A stretch of 64,000 nucleotides of DNA from Podospora anserina (taxonomy: Eukaryota): positions 1,736,001 to 1,800,000 of the forward strand of contig CM030335.1 in assembly GCA_017654855.1 (NCBI GenBank). The letters run 5' to 3'. The notes beneath the pieces are model-generated. The model did not search any database and was not told the origin of the DNA. It saw only the letters and a program-made list of their open reading frames with translations. The translations under genes were made by a program, and so were the position numbers. Every line of letters starts with the position of its first letter. Position 1 is the stretch's first letter. Below, piece by piece: positions 13,018 to 25,980 of this stretch.

Positions 13018-13874
13018 TTAGAACGGAACTTCGCCGTCATGGAATTTCTTATTCCTCGGCGGATATCCCAGACGGTTCGCCTTCCACCTCTTCCACTCTC
13101 CATACGCAGCCGCCAACATCCAGAGAACCCACATCACGGCCGCCACAGCGACATACGCCGTCTTGAGCTCCTTGCTCGCGCCCGCCATCCACAGCCCGAG
13201 CCCACCGTTCGCCATACCGAGCGTGATGAAGACACGACCGTTGAACAAGTGGAGGTACGACCACATCTGCCTCGTTTGGAGTCTCTTGAACTTGGCGTGG
13301 TGGATGAACCCGAAGATTGGCTGCAAGAGCAGGCAGACCAACACGACGATGCCAATGATGGGGTGGTAGCTTCTGTTCGGATCGGAGAACTGTTCTTTTG
13401 TTAGCCGCGTTCAAACAGTCAGACCAAAGTGACGGGAGGACAAACCATGTCACCATTGTTCCCCCTCGCCCTACTGACCTCCCTCACAAGATGAAGACCC
13501 AGTCCGACAGCAGCGATATACACCACCAGCGCAACAGCCTGCGAGATTCCGTGCGCCCAGATTGCGAACCGGCCTGGTATAACACGCATAAGGATCGAGC
13601 CGGAAGGAAACAAGATCGCCATGGCCAAAGCAGCGAGAATACCGTGAATAGCGCGGGTGCGCATGGCAGCGTTTATGTCGAAGCCAGCCCCGGCGTTGAA
13701 GTTGTTGAACCCGGAGGAAGATGAGCCATCACCGTTGGAGCTGCCGCCGCTGCTATAAGGGTTGCCGGAAGAGCCATAGTAATTTTGGGCGGAGGCGGTG
13801 GAGGCTATCCCTAGCAGGAGACTGCTGAGGACGAGGGGGTTTGGTTTTGCATTCACGGCTGGTATCCTTGACAT
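13018..13874 (-). CDS. Cytochrome b561-like (CDH/DOMON-associated type) integral membrane protein
   Basis: Signal-like N-terminus; HGILAALA..FPSG, WAHG, YHPIIG, QPIFGFIHH, WSYLHLFNGR His-containing TM helices; intron 13445-13390 (GTTTGT..CTAAC..CAG) joins the two ORFs in frame. Confidence 0.85.
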
Positions 13875-14654
13875 TGTGGAGGATGGATGGAGGGGTGGGA
13901 CAGAAAAAGAAGTAGTCCACAAAAGTTCACGAGGGGTTTAAGGGGCTGGAAGGGGGCAAGGTAGAGGTCTCAAGAAATAACAAGATCAAGATATGCAAGG
14001 TTGTGTTATATCAATCGCCGAGACAAGCATGTATTACGCGGAGTGGTGCTGACGAATAACTCGGCATGGTATCATGTTGTGAGATGCAATAGCTACTGGG
14101 GCAACGGGTTCGGGCGGCGGTTGGGAGAAGTGACCGATGCCGGCATTTTTTCAAGCTGATCAATCCATTCTTGAATGGTCCGCTGGCGTTTGGGTGGGTC
14201 TCAGTTCAGGAACTACGGACAGGAACGGGTGGACGGTTGAGAACGGCCGTTGGTGGGGGGGACGGTCCCGAAGTTTAACTAACAGATGGGTTAGGTGTGG
14301 TAGGGATGATGAAAGTTTGGGAAGGAAGCTTACGCGGACCAGTGTTTCACTTGTGCATCTCGGTCCCGACGCACGAGCGGCGGCCGATGCATGTGTGCCT
14401 GGGAGAACCAATGGGATTATTTGATATATCTGGAATAGGACACCGTCTACCCACCCAATAAACCACAAGGGAAACCTATCGATATACCGCTCTTGAAATA
14501 ACCAGAAAACTGAGAATCAAGCTGCCGATATGATGGACAGCTGAGCCGTCATGTCGCTTAAACCGGCCATCGTCTGAGAGGTGTTCGCCTCCAGCCCTTC
14601 CAAGCCCACCTCAACAAACCCTATCTCGTCCTCCGCATGTTCCTCACTGCTCTC

Positions 14655-15611
14655 CTAGATCTCCTCACCTCCTTCGCCCCCCTCCGCAGCAGCAGGCAAC
14701 TCCATCTCCACCACCCAAGGCAACTGCCTCTCCCTCCCTTCCCCATAAGGCATGACCGTCGCGTTCACAAAAAGGGTGTTCCTCCCCCGCACAATCTCAT
14801 GCTCATCACCACGACAGTACCTCGTCTCGACCCCTTATCCCTCAACTCTCTCAGCCGTCCCTCCTTTTTCTTTATTTCTATTCTTTGGTAACGGCTAGCA
14901 GGTCGTTGTTGGTTGGAAGTAAAGTAGATAAACTTTCAATCTTGACCGGTGACTTGTCCCCAGTCCAGGAAATGACCTCAGCCCCCCCAACCCTCATGTA
15001 TATGCCCAAAACAATGCAGCTTTGGTCTAGCTGTCGCGATGGCATCGTAGATGCAGTCGCATCCGGCTTGCTTGCTGTTGGAGTCTTTACCGAGGATGCC
15101 ACGCGGTGGGGAGTGGGTGATCACCACATCCACCTCCTTCGGGATCTTGAATGTATGACCTTTCTTCCGGTTGTGAGTGAGCGCCATGGAGTTGTCCCTT
15201 GAGGGGGAGTAAGGGCTTGCATACACCGTCAGCAGGGCGCCGTTTGCGAGGGCAAGAGTACGAGTGCCTTCGTCAAGAAAAATAATGTTTTCTGAGGAGG
15301 CGGATTCAAGGAGGGAGGTGGCTGCTCCGGCGGGGGCTTGGAAAACGCCTTGGCTGGAGGTGGTCTTGGGGAGGAAGGCTAGGGGGTCGAGGGTGAAGTC
15401 GTGGTTGCCGGCGATAAAAAGCTTGAGGGGGGGCGTTGGTGGTGCGGAGGAGGGAGAGGGCGTGGGTGAGTTCGGCGAGTCGAGAATTCTCGGTGAGGTC
15501 GCCGCAGTGGATGGCGATGTCAATGGGTACGTCTGGGATGGTGTGCTTTGTGGGTTTGCAGCAGTCGGTGTCAGAGAGGATGAGGAACTTGGTCTTGACC
15601 CGGGTGTCCAT
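14655..15611 (-). pseudogene. Calcineurin-like metallophosphoesterase, frameshifted
   Basis: Motifs ILSDT, IHCGDLT, IAGNHD, VITHSPP, HCFGHIHE are split across frames; shifts lie near G/C runs at ~15430 and ~14985; the first-motif His is replaced by Asp. Confidence 0.7.
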
Positions 15612-15843
15612 TTTGGTTGAGGGCCGGGGGGCGAGGAATGATGTGTTGGTGTTGGTGGCGGGTGCAATCGAGTCAAGATCTGACTGTGATGATAAGGGAA
15701 AGAGATTTCTGAATGAGAAGAGAAAGTTACTGCCGTTGTTGTAACTTACTTAATACGTACAGGATCAAGAGATTTCATCGGTGAAGGTTTTGTTCTTTCC
15801 AGTCGAGGAAAATGTTTTGCCGTTTTCGGACTCGCTTATGGGA

Positions 15844-16227
15844 TGTCGCAATAACAAGTGGCACCCCACCCTCTTTGCTGTTATTAATGTCAATTATGGG
15901 AGTTTACTAACAAACTATAAAAGGCGAGTACTGAGAAATTACGTAAATGACATTAATAGGATCGTGGGATCATCACAATGATCCATCGATCCTGGTACTG
16001 GTTCATTACGGCTTGGCAACGATTCAGAAAGACCCATGGTTTATATATACGGAGAAACTAGACGGCTTGTAGATAGTTTCGCAGTACTCAATGGCAACAT
16101 ATTCACGGCATCTTGTGTTTACATTGAGACTACTTGTTGGGCCCTTCTTAGCAGCACCAAACCATCATTCAGAAGTTGCATTCAACTATGAATCCCATTC
16201 AGAGGTTCTGAGTAGGGGTTCGTCACA
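15844..16227 (+). mobile_element. Solo LTR, family A (divergent 5' half)
   Basis: TGTCGC..GTCACA termini; 3' half from TATATATACGGA onward is homologous to 17303-17656 and to the inverted copy 16297-16658. Confidence 0.7.
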
Positions 16228-16296
16228 GCCCCCCGTCCAGCAGGGTAGGCTGCTTTTTCACTTTCTATACAATTAAACGAGACGTTAAGCCTTAAG

Positions 16297-16658
16297 TGTG
16301 ACGAGCCTTTGATCACAACCTCTGAGAGGTTTACTGGGTTGAAGGCTGCTTCTGAATAACGGTTCGGTGTAGGCAAGAGGTACACAACAAGATGGAACAA
16401 TTGTCTCGGTTTTAATAACTTGAGCTTGTATTGCTTACTGCGGAACTATCTACACTGGCCAGTTCCTCCGTATATATAGATTATGGCCCTCCTCGGCTCG
16501 TAGCCAAGATTCCACGATCCTGTGCTGGATCGCTATTCTCTGCCAACGATCCTTTCTTCATCCTGATTGGCCTGTTTCACACGACAGGACGGGGGCGTCT
16601 TCGAGCCCTATTGGCTCTCAACCTCCCAGGACCCACAATTATCACTTGGGTTGTGACA
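16297..16658 (-). mobile_element. Solo LTR, family A, inverted
   Basis: Reverse complement begins TGTCACAACCCA..GGGTCCT..GAGAGCCAATAGGG, contains TATATATACGGAGGAACT and ends CGTCACA; similar to 17303-17656. Confidence 0.8.
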
Positions 16659-16684
16659 CCTTGCCTTGTGTGATACGCTGCCCT

Positions 16685-16870
16685 CACAAATATCGCCTTG
16701 CCAACTGGTATCAAAAGTGCAACTTACCAGCCACCTGGCGTATTGCAACAACCGAAAATAGATGGACTACCAATGAGAAAGGCATGGATTGGATTCGGCA
16801 CTTCGATTTCCACACAACATCTCGTACAAAGGGCAAATACCGGTTGTTGATCCTTAACGGCTGTCATAAA
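16685..16870 (+). mobile_element. Fot1/pogo DDE transposase fragment
   Basis: WRIATTENRWTTNEKGMDWIRHFDFHT..RT.GKYRLLIL(N)G matches the DDE_1 core of fungal Fot1-like transposases; truncated at 16871. Confidence 0.75.
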
Positions 16871-17728
16871 TGAGAGGCTTAAGTGCCCCGGGCCGTAGGC
16901 CTCGGGTTCTTACCGTAGGTGTGATTCTTCCATGTAGGAATGCCCTCATTCCTTCCACTTTATCCTTTACGAGGGTTTCATTTAGGGGCGGGGCCTGCAA
17001 GTCTGGCTGATCCGCATCCCAAGCATGGCGTCCCTGCGCCTTTGAGAGGCCCGAACCTTATTCCGCATTTCTCCAGCGGATAACAGGCTTCATTTCGACC
17101 ATTAAACTTAGATTAACGTACTAAAGGCTACTCGGTTCCCGTCCAGTATCTGCCGGCCTAGAAGGGTCGTACTGGGCCATCTATAGAGGGGCTTGCGATG
17201 GTTGAAAGAGTGGTACTTCCTATCGACAGCTATTTTACTGTTCCTTCGTTAAAGGTCGTTTTAACCAGAACGCCGTTTTTAATAGTAAACTATATAACAA
17301 CATGTCACGACCCAGGAAATAAATATGGGTCCTAGGGAGCGGAGAGCCAATAGGGATTATCCAATCAGATATGGATCGATGAAGGATGGCATCGATCCAG
17401 GGGAAAGGATACTGGATCCAGGAGTATGGGTCTCGATCCAGGATGATGGGAGTCTTAGCAGGAGGTCTATATATACGGAGGAACTAGATAGTTTGTAGAT
17501 AGTTCCGCAGTATGCAATGACAATTTGTATTCACGGAAGCTTGTGTTTACATTCAGACAATCTTGTTGTGCACTGTTTAGCTGCACCGAACCATTACTCA
17601 GAAGTCGCCTTCAATTGTGTATCCCTTTCAGAGGTTCTGATCAGGGGTTCGTTACACTCCGCTCCTCTTTCTCTCTCCTTCGTTCAATAACAAGAAACCT
17701 TACGTAGTCCTTGGTCGGCACTGTGACA
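16871..17728 (+). mobile_element. Probable solo LTR, family B, interrupted by a family A LTR
   Basis: Starts TGAGAG where the transposase breaks, has TATATAA just before the nested LTR, resumes at 17657 with a CT-rich tract and CAATAA, ends TGTGACA. No TSD seen. Confidence 0.45.
17303..17656 (+). mobile_element. Solo LTR, family A
   Basis: TGTCACGACCC..GGGGTTCGTTACA inverted termini, internal TATA, homology with two other copies in the window. Confidence 0.85.
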
Positions 17729-17745
17729 GCTGGCACCTGACTTAT

Positions 17746-18330
17746 TAATCAATCAATCAATCAATCAATCAATATATTAACGCCCGGCGGCTAAACCGAA
17801 AGGGCAACTACTACTGATTGAAGCATACATTCCACAAAATATGCCCTGATCTCCCTAAAGCTCAGGCAAAGTCCATTCAGCTTATGCCCTCTGTTTTACC
17901 ACTTCTCTACGGATTCTCGTGGGTGAGTACGATTGTTAGTAGGCTGGCTTGAAGTCGGTTCCTCAAGTGTTCAACGTCCTATCTTCGGCGGCTGAAGCGG
18001 TGCCATCTGTCCGTGGCACGAGGTGATAGGTGTAGGGTCGGTGGAAAGTGGTGGTTGGCCGGTTAGGTATTTTAGTTGGCCTGCTGCGGTTGGTTCGCGT
18101 CGAGTCGGCCCGTGGTCATTGCGAACCGAATCGTTGCCCGAACGGCCTCGACGTTCGGAGTCCAGTCTTCTTTATCCGACGGCGATTTCCCTCCTAGATA
18201 GAAGGAAATATTGCCTCTGTGGGTGGTTGTGCACTGGAGCATCTCTGCTCGGTACGCCGTCCATGTCTTGCACCGGAAGAGGAAGTGTGGATCTTCGCCA
18301 TGTGGGGCTCAGCGTTATGGAGAGATAAGA
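17746..18330 (-). mobile_element. Possible 3' relic of a LINE-like retroelement with (TTGA)n tail
   Basis: On the minus strand a GCCC..GGGC stem-loop is followed by TTAATATA and ~6 TTGA repeats, an arrangement like fungal Tad-clade 3' ends; upstream frames are broken. Confidence 0.3.
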
Positions 18331-18509
18331 TAAGGAAAGGCACTAGGCCCGATTAGGAAAGCATTTACAGGTCATGGCTAGCAGCCACTACAAAAGGCCC
18401 ACTCGTAGCCAGACCTTTATTTACATTCTTCTTTTCTTCTTTAGCTTACAATTCAATCAATTTGGTCAGACCTACTGTAGCCTTGCCTCAGAATACCTAC
18501 CTCTCCGTA

Positions 18510-18565
18510 ACATACGGAGGAACTAGCTAGCAATAGATAATTCCGCAGTATACAATTCAGATTGG
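18510..18565 (+). mobile_element. Short fragment of family A LTR
   Basis: ATACGGAGGAACTAG..TAGATAATTCCGCAGTATACAAT matches the post-TATA segment of 17303-17656. Confidence 0.6.
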
Positions 18566-18619
18566 TACTAAAATCCCGACATTCATTTTTGCTGCCCGTT
18601 TTATTTTCAAGTTTTATTT

Positions 18620-19090
18620 TCTGTTGGCGCTTTATGCCCCTAAGGTCATTGGAAGATGGAGGGGAGTGAATGTAGAAACGAGGAAAGAAACCTTTGTCAG
18701 ATTTTGGCAGTATGTCTTCCAGAATCAGCATTGGATTTCCCTCAAAATGATAGTCTGGATGTGCACTATCGATCCCTTGTATGCCATTTATCTCAGCTTT
18801 TATTGCCCATGGTTGTCAGAGACTCTCATGGGTAAGTCGTTTACAACTGGGAGAGACCAAGCAACGTTACGGCCCTGGTGTTGCAAACCCGCGGGCAAGT
18901 TGCCCCCGACACCATGCACGCGTTGCAGCGGAGGCTTCGGGCCTTTCACAGAACGTATCGTCATGGACACGCGGTTTCGTTCAAATTCAGAGCGCATGCG
19001 CCAACTGCCGGTTTGATGATAGAAGTCAGTTTTGTCCCTTCCAAGGTTCGGTGTTGTGAGGGAAGGAGAGGCATCCAAAGGCGCTAATTG
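18620..19090 (+). pseudogene. DUF3716-like Cys-rich protein remnant
   Basis: PCTRC..GFGPFTE..V followed, in another frame, by ACANCRF....FCPF; this Cys pattern resembles DUF3716. Confidence 0.5.
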
Positions 19091-20494
19091 AGCCCATTGT
19101 ATGAGTCAGGGATGGATTTAATGCTCGAGTTTCATATCTAACGAAGGCAGGTGTAGGGGTCCAGCAAAGAAAGATAGGTTCCACATGGTATCATTTTCGA
19201 GCTCCTAGATCAAGGTTTCCCTCGTACCAAACCTGCTACATACCCACCTATACCTACCACAGCAGGGCAATATGGTACTGGAGCATAAGGCCGATATTGT
19301 ACATTGTCTCCCAGTGCCTGGAGACGCGCAAGAGGCAATGGATGATGCTCCCACTCACCAAGTTGGCTGAGCACCCAGTAATTTGAGTACGTACCCGGTG
19401 GGACACCCCCTGGTGACATCACCGTCAACATCCACCTAGGTACGTGGCAGTCGTCATGAAAATCGCTTCGATTGACGGGTGACCAATGCGAGATCCTTAA
19501 TACAATATATGCGACCTGAATACCTTACCTTAGCCGCTTGGTCTGGCTGTCGTTGTAACTAGTGATGTGACCGTGGTGGTGATGGATCGGCATATAAAGG
19601 GGGTGTATTCTCAAGGGTCTGTTTACTAACCAGAGACGGGGCGGTATCGACAACCAGTTCAGCTCATGATAATAGATAGATGGTATGACCTATTTTCCCA
19701 TGTTTGATGTCGTCCAGACTATCGGTGGCACACGCAGTACCTTTGAGGTGTTGCTCAATCACGGTGATCAAAGTGCACTTCAACATGGAAGACCCCTGTC
19801 GACAGTTGGCTTTCGAATATCAGGTTTCTTTTGGGAAAAACTTGTGCAAAGACCATGGGAGTTTCAGGGGCTGAATCAAGAAAATGGGGAAGATGCCCTC
19901 CTCATCCTTCAATGTAAGTTTGGGACTCGCACTGATTGGCCTAAAAGTGACGGGAGCACGGAGAGTGCGAGTGGGAGCCGAGAGTAGTAGGAGACTCGGG
20001 GGATGAGAGTCGCAGCCGTGAGAATGGAAGCCGTGGTTGTGGCTATTCAGAGAGCCATTCGAGAAAGAAGTATGGCTATTGGGTAGGAAGACGGCATGTC
20101 AGTCAGGCGGTAGTGTTTATGGTCGGTATAGATGGAGAAAAGAAGACAAACGTCAAATTTCCCGGGTGTCAGTTTTGGAGGGGGTTGAACGGAACAGCTG
20201 GCTGTTTGGCAAAGCATAGGAGGGTTCGTTTCTGTTTTGGAAGCAGCTACCAGAGGCGGCCTGGCGCCGGGACTGCTGAAAGCGTTGCTTTGGTTTGAGC
20301 GGTTCACGAGAAGAGTACTACCGTATCAATCCATCCAGAGAATACCGTGACTTTTGAAGATAAAGTACCTTAGGTAACAAACATTTGACCCTTGATCACT
20401 CAAACATCCCCAGGCTCGGTAGATGGCACCTTCCACGGCAATGGCCCGTTCCGACGCACCCCACTGGGTTGCTTAAATGCATAGGCTACTCGAA

Positions 20495-22200
20495 TCAGGA
20501 TCTTATCCGAGAAAGCCTTGGAGATCGGAGCCGATGAGTAACTGCAGAGACACAAGTCAGCAACCTCTTGATGACTTCAAACAGCGACAGCGTAGATGCC
20601 ATACGGAATCCCAGGCGCAACCCTGACCAGGTTCGGCCAATTCTCGTCCAGTTCAACCGGCGTGCCCTCAGAATACAACCCCAACGGCACTTCAAGTACG
20701 GGGAACCCCATCTCTTCGCAGCCAAGTCGTTTTCGATGCCCATTGAAGAGGGACAGTGAGGAGATCAAGACCGTGTTTCTCCATCGCGCCGAGGATCCCC
20801 ACTTCGCCCCCGTAGAACTGCCCTTGGCTAACCATCTCTCTGTACTTGTCGGTGTTGACGTCGATTCCCTCAGCTTGGGTCCACAAAAACTTTCCAATAT
20901 CGCGGTCTGGATGCTCCTCGCCCGCAAAAGACTTTGTGAACCCGATGATGTCCTCAGCAGAGTGGATGTGATTTGGGTTGGCCTCGAGGGTCTGAAGATA
21001 TCGAACTATATCTCTCTTGAACTTTGAAGCCCGTACAATGCCACGAACCTGCTGGTTGAGCTTCATGAACTCCTCGACATCCGGGAAGTCGGCATTGTCA
21101 ACCACCTTTGCTCCAGCCCGGTGTAGGGTCTCGAGCGCGGACTCGAAGATATCGTTATGGGTGATGTAGAGTCGGCAGTGAAGGTGCTGCGCGGGACACC
21201 TATGGTGATCCCACTCAGATCCGTGTCTTTGCAATAGGTGGTGAAGTCGGGGACTGCAAAAGGGATATTCCAGGTACGCTCATCGTTCTCGCTTCGACCT
21301 GCCATCGTTGTAAGCAGGTGCGCCGCGTTGCTCACTGTTCTAGTGAGCGTTCCAATGACGTCCTGACGCGCCGATGTAGGTAGAGTTCCATCGTTTCGCA
21401 ATCAGGCCGCGGCTGGGTTTCAGTCCGATGACGTTGTTGAGCTCGGCCGGTTCCAGAATGCTGCCAAACGTCTGTAGGTAATGTCAGTGGTTCTGATGCA
21501 ATAACTAGCACGGACAGGAGTCACTGACCTCCGTACCAATGGCAGCCATCGACAATCCTAGGGCAGCTGCAACTGCTGAGCCAGAACTGCTACCCTCAGG
21601 TGTAGAATTGGAATAATATGCAGCCGACGTTTGGCCACCCCGGGGGCTCCATCCAGAACTGATATTTAACCCTCTCAAGTTGGCCCACTCAGACATGTTC
21701 GTCTTGCCTAGGATCCAAAACTCCGGCCTCTCGCAGTTTTCCGATGACTGAGGACTCGGCCGAGGGCTTCGCCCCCAAAAGAGCGAACGAACCAGCAGAT
21801 ACGTTCAATCTGTCGCTCGTAACTATGTTATCCTTGACGAGAATCGGAATACCGTGGAGAGGACCTGATAGACATTGTCAGTGATGAGGAATCTAACCGG
21901 CGATTTGCTGATTCAGCTTAGCCCCTGCTTCTCGATTGCCTCCGCTCATTGTCTAGTTCCTGGGCCACCGATAGAGCATCCGGATTGATCTGCAACACAG
22001 CCTTGAACTTGGCAGCTTCGTCGACTCTCGCCAGGCACGCTCTGGTGAGGCCCAGAGTCGTGAATAGGCCGTGACCGGAGGCCCTCGACAGCCTCGTCGA
22101 TCGTCAGATCCAGAAGCCAAGGCAGATCGCGTGGGTATTGTGTTATCAGTCTGCTTATGAGCGACATTATCAGCAGGAACCAAGATCCCGCCTCTATTTC
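20495..22200 (-). pseudogene. Amidase-signature family protein, multiply frameshifted
   Basis: PLHGIPILVKDN, GKTNMSEWAN, GSSSGSAVAAA, IGTE|TFGSI..GLKPSRG motifs with introns (~21920-21865, ~21528-21472); several frameshifts (e.g. ~21148, ~20745, ~20713). Confidence 0.75.
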
Positions 22201-22566
22201 TTCAAACCATGATCCTCGTGCAATTCTGGAGTGTGACGGCGTCAACGGTTTTCCTGCAAGAGACAAATTGTTCATCAGTGAAATACCAGGAAAGCCGAGC
22301 CAAATATCTGGTACGCTCAAGGATTCATGAATGTTAAATGCCCAGTGTGGAATTGCTGGAAGAAGCGGAATTGAGGAGTCAGCGGACCAGACTTGAGTAG
22401 CCAGGCGGCCAGAGCTGACAAGTCAGCTGGCACAGGGGCAAGACGGGAGCGAAGCCAGGCAGTCTGACCATGGACCATGGTTAGCAGAGGATTCAAAGAC
22501 GGATGAAACACATCAAGAAGCACTTTCTGCTTTTCACTCTTCTACACTCTTCTACTCTTCCCCAAC

Positions 22567-24012
22567 TCACTGGCTATTCCTCCCCTTCCAATGAACCTCC
22601 ACCCCCTCCCAGCTATGCTTATTATACCCCCCCTGCACCTTCCTACACCTCCTCAACCCCCACTCCGTCACGCCCACCATCAAACAGCTCTCAAACATAA
22701 ACGCGCAGCTCCCCTCCCCAACCTTCTGCGGCTTCAGCTCAGCCTCCCTAGCCCCCTCATAACTATCCCTATCCGGCCCATGCCCACTCATAATATTATG
22801 CAAACTCGCTCCCCCGGGTACAAACCCCCCTTTCCCGCCCTTCTTCGCATCATAACCCCCCTGAATCAACCCCATAAACTCGCTCATCGTATTCCTATGA
22901 TACCACGGCGGCCTAAACGTATCCTCCCCCACCAACCACCTCGGCGGGAAAATCACAAAGTCCGCCACCGCCGTCCCCACCTTCTCACTCGGCGCCGTCA
23001 ACACGGTGAAAATACTCGGATCGGGATGATCATAGCTAATCGTCCCAATGGTATTAAACCTCCCAAGGTCATACTTGAAAGGGTAGTAGTTCCCATGCCA
23101 AGCCACCACATCAAACGGACTATGCCTCTGCACCGTCTCATAGAGCCCATTATTAAACTTGACCTTGATCCTCCACTCATTCTTTCCCTCTTGCGCCGTA
23201 GCACCATAATCCTCCTCAAAGTCCGCCTTGGGCGCCTGAAAGTCCCTCGCATTCGCAAGACCGTTTGATCCAATCGGTCCCAGCTCAGGAAGTTGGAAAT
23301 GTCCCTGATACAGCTCCAACGCGTACCCCCTCGCCTTTTTGCCATCCCCCACAATCTCGACCCTGTACTTCACCCCCCTAGGCAAAACCGCAATCTCCAT
23401 CGGCCTAACCAGCATCCTCCCAAACTCAGTCCTAACATCTAACCCCCCCTCCTGCGGAACCAACAACAAGTCCCCATCAGCAGAATAATACGCCTCCTTC
23501 TCCTTCATATCCCGTCCGCAAGCATAGACATAAATGCCAATCCCTTGCTTGAGCGTTGGATCCCCCGCCCCGGCAACCAGTTTCAACCCATCGACAAAAT
23601 CATGCTCGGCGTGCTCGTCATGGTCAAAAGGGTCCCAACGGAGTTGGTTAGGGATGTAATGCTTCTTCTCATGCTGCGTCTCCACCGCTTCGTTGTGGGC
23701 AGTCACCGGCTCGAACGGCGGGTGAGCGCACGAAGGCAGGATGCGGTACAGCCACGTCTGCTTGTTTTCATGCCGGGGCGCGGTGAAGGCTGTGCCCGAG
23801 AGCTTTTCGGCGTACAAGCCGAGAGGTGGTTTCTGGGGGGAGTTTTGGGCGAGGGGGAGGGCGCAGGGGTGGGCTTCGCTTCTGTTGACGCACAAGTCAG
23901 TCAGCCAATCTCAAAAGATGAGGGGAAGCAAAGGAGAGACAAACTGGTGATAAGAGTCAAACCCAACCAGGTACTCGTACTTCTCCGGGATGGAGAAGTT
24001 TGTGACTGGCAT
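22567..24012 (-). CDS. hmgA: Homogentisate 1,2-dioxygenase
   Basis: [77 protein letters not shown] motifs. Exon 1 is 24012-23945 ([14 protein letters not shown]..), intron 23944-23882. Confidence 0.95.
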
Positions 24013-25262
24013 TGTGTCGATATCTCTTGATCAATCGCGTAACAAGCAACAAACGGTATTCCTTACTCTAGGTCAAGTAAACACAACCAAACAACCTCAC
24101 CCTTCCCCCCCCCCCAAAAAAAAGCCGGGCGAACCACACCCATTAATACCTCCCCCGCCGCAAAACCCACCGCGTCATCTCCCGTCAAAGTTCGGCCTGT
24201 AGATCAGATCGGAACACAGCAAAAAGGCAGGTACGAACGCTTCAAGTTCAATTCCGCGGTCGTCAGAGCCGTTTCGGAGCCGTCCCTAGCCGAGAATATG
24301 CGCTCGAACCGTCACCGGCACAGCGAACCACCCGTTCGCAGTGGACCTTTCGGCTTCTGTGTGACAAGTGGACCGTGCTCCCCTGCTCAGCGGAGTGGAT
24401 CGGACCCGCTGCCAACGGCGTGAGCAAAGTCCCCACTATTGACGACCATCAATTGTGCTTCCAAGAAGACATCATCGAGACAGGTGTGGGGGTGATAGTG
24501 ATGAAGAGAAGAAAAGGTTGCGACATCCCGGAGCTATATGCAAACGGTTCATCTCTTGGCAGGGGTTTTGCTATTTTTGGTGGCATGAACACCGACACCA
24601 CACCACCAAACCTTCAGCAGCTCAGGCCAGGTCAGGCCACTCTCGACAGCTTCCAGAGCTCCAGCCCCGCACATGTCCCGCACCACCGCACCACCGCACC
24701 ACCACACGTCACCAAACCCCGAGATCTCCGGCCCATATGATGACATTGATCGGGGATAATCCAGGTACCGCTCAATTGGAGTCATGGCATTGGCTTGGTG
24801 AGTCTTGGAAAGCCACCACTCACCAGTGCTAAGGTTGCAGGACATCACAGTCGAAGGACTCGGACTTGAATCGAGATCACAGTATTCTAGTCACAGATAT
24901 CACTACCACAGGCATCAGACACAGATATCAACTACAAATAGGAACAAAACAACTGGGTGACATGTTTCATTGACGAGCAGGCTATGGACTGGTCCCATGG
25001 TGATCCTCCCTCGCCATCCTGTCAAAAAAAAAGGGTACACCTTCCGCAAAAGGCCACCATCAAGTCAAAACAATAGCAATGGCCTGCTAATAGCCACCAA
25101 CTACACCAAGAAGGCAAATGTTTCAGATCGCCCGTCGCCTGCCACCCTTTCCCAGGGTGCGCGGCGTGCAGTCTGCGGCAATAGCCCAGTCTCGAGATGC
25201 AACCTTCAGGATGCTCTCGGCGTCGTTGGAGAGTAACTGCGCTATGGGGGCGTGTCTCTTCA

Positions 25263-25980
25263 TTACTCGTCAGCAGCCTGCTTCTTCTTCTTCTTGGAGC
25301 CGCCGCCGGGCGCTACACCGGCATCCTTGGACAGATGGACAATGAGCTTGGTCCATGACTCCTCCTTGTCCCACTCGAAGCCCTTGAGGTATGGTTCATC
25401 GAGCTCGTCGTCAGCCTGGTGCAGGGGAGACGTGTTAGTTACGGGGATAAACAGCTAACTGATGGACAAAGGTCAACAACATACCCTCTTCTTGAATTGC
25501 TTGTGGATAGCGTCCAGCGCATCCTTGATGGTGACACCCTTGAGGTTCCTCGCCGTTACTTCGAGTCCCAATGGGAAGTGCAGGTCAATCTTCTTGACTG
25601 GGGGGGTGGTGAGCAGCTTCTTGAGCATGTCCTTCTCCTCTATTGTGCTTGGCGAGGTGTTGATCTTCCTACGAGGCTGTTAGCTCCGAGGAAGCGGGGA
25701 AAGGAGGGGTTGATCAACAAAGATCATCAAGGATCCAACACTTACCACCCCGTCTTTTGCGTCTCCTTTGCAATTTGGAGCTCAATGCCCTGGGCCTCTG
25801 CCATTGGTGTCAGCTAGGGGCTTGCAGAAACAAAAAAAAATTGGGAAACCTACCCAGGTCATTGATGTTCATCACACCAGCAGCGCTGGAGGATGCTCTC
25901 CTGTGCTTGGTCTCCTTGGGTGGGGAGGTGCCGAGGCCCTGGACGGCAGAGTCGACCTTGGTGAGTGGTTCGCCGGACAT
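25263..25980 (-). CDS. Conserved small fungal hypothetical protein (multi-exon)
   Basis: MSGEPLTKVDSAV..HRRASS..; three GT..AG introns; LLTTPPVKKIDLHFPLGLEVTARNLKGVTIKDALDAI..ADDELDEPYLKGFEWDKEE..SKKKKK; strong codon bias. Confidence 0.85.
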
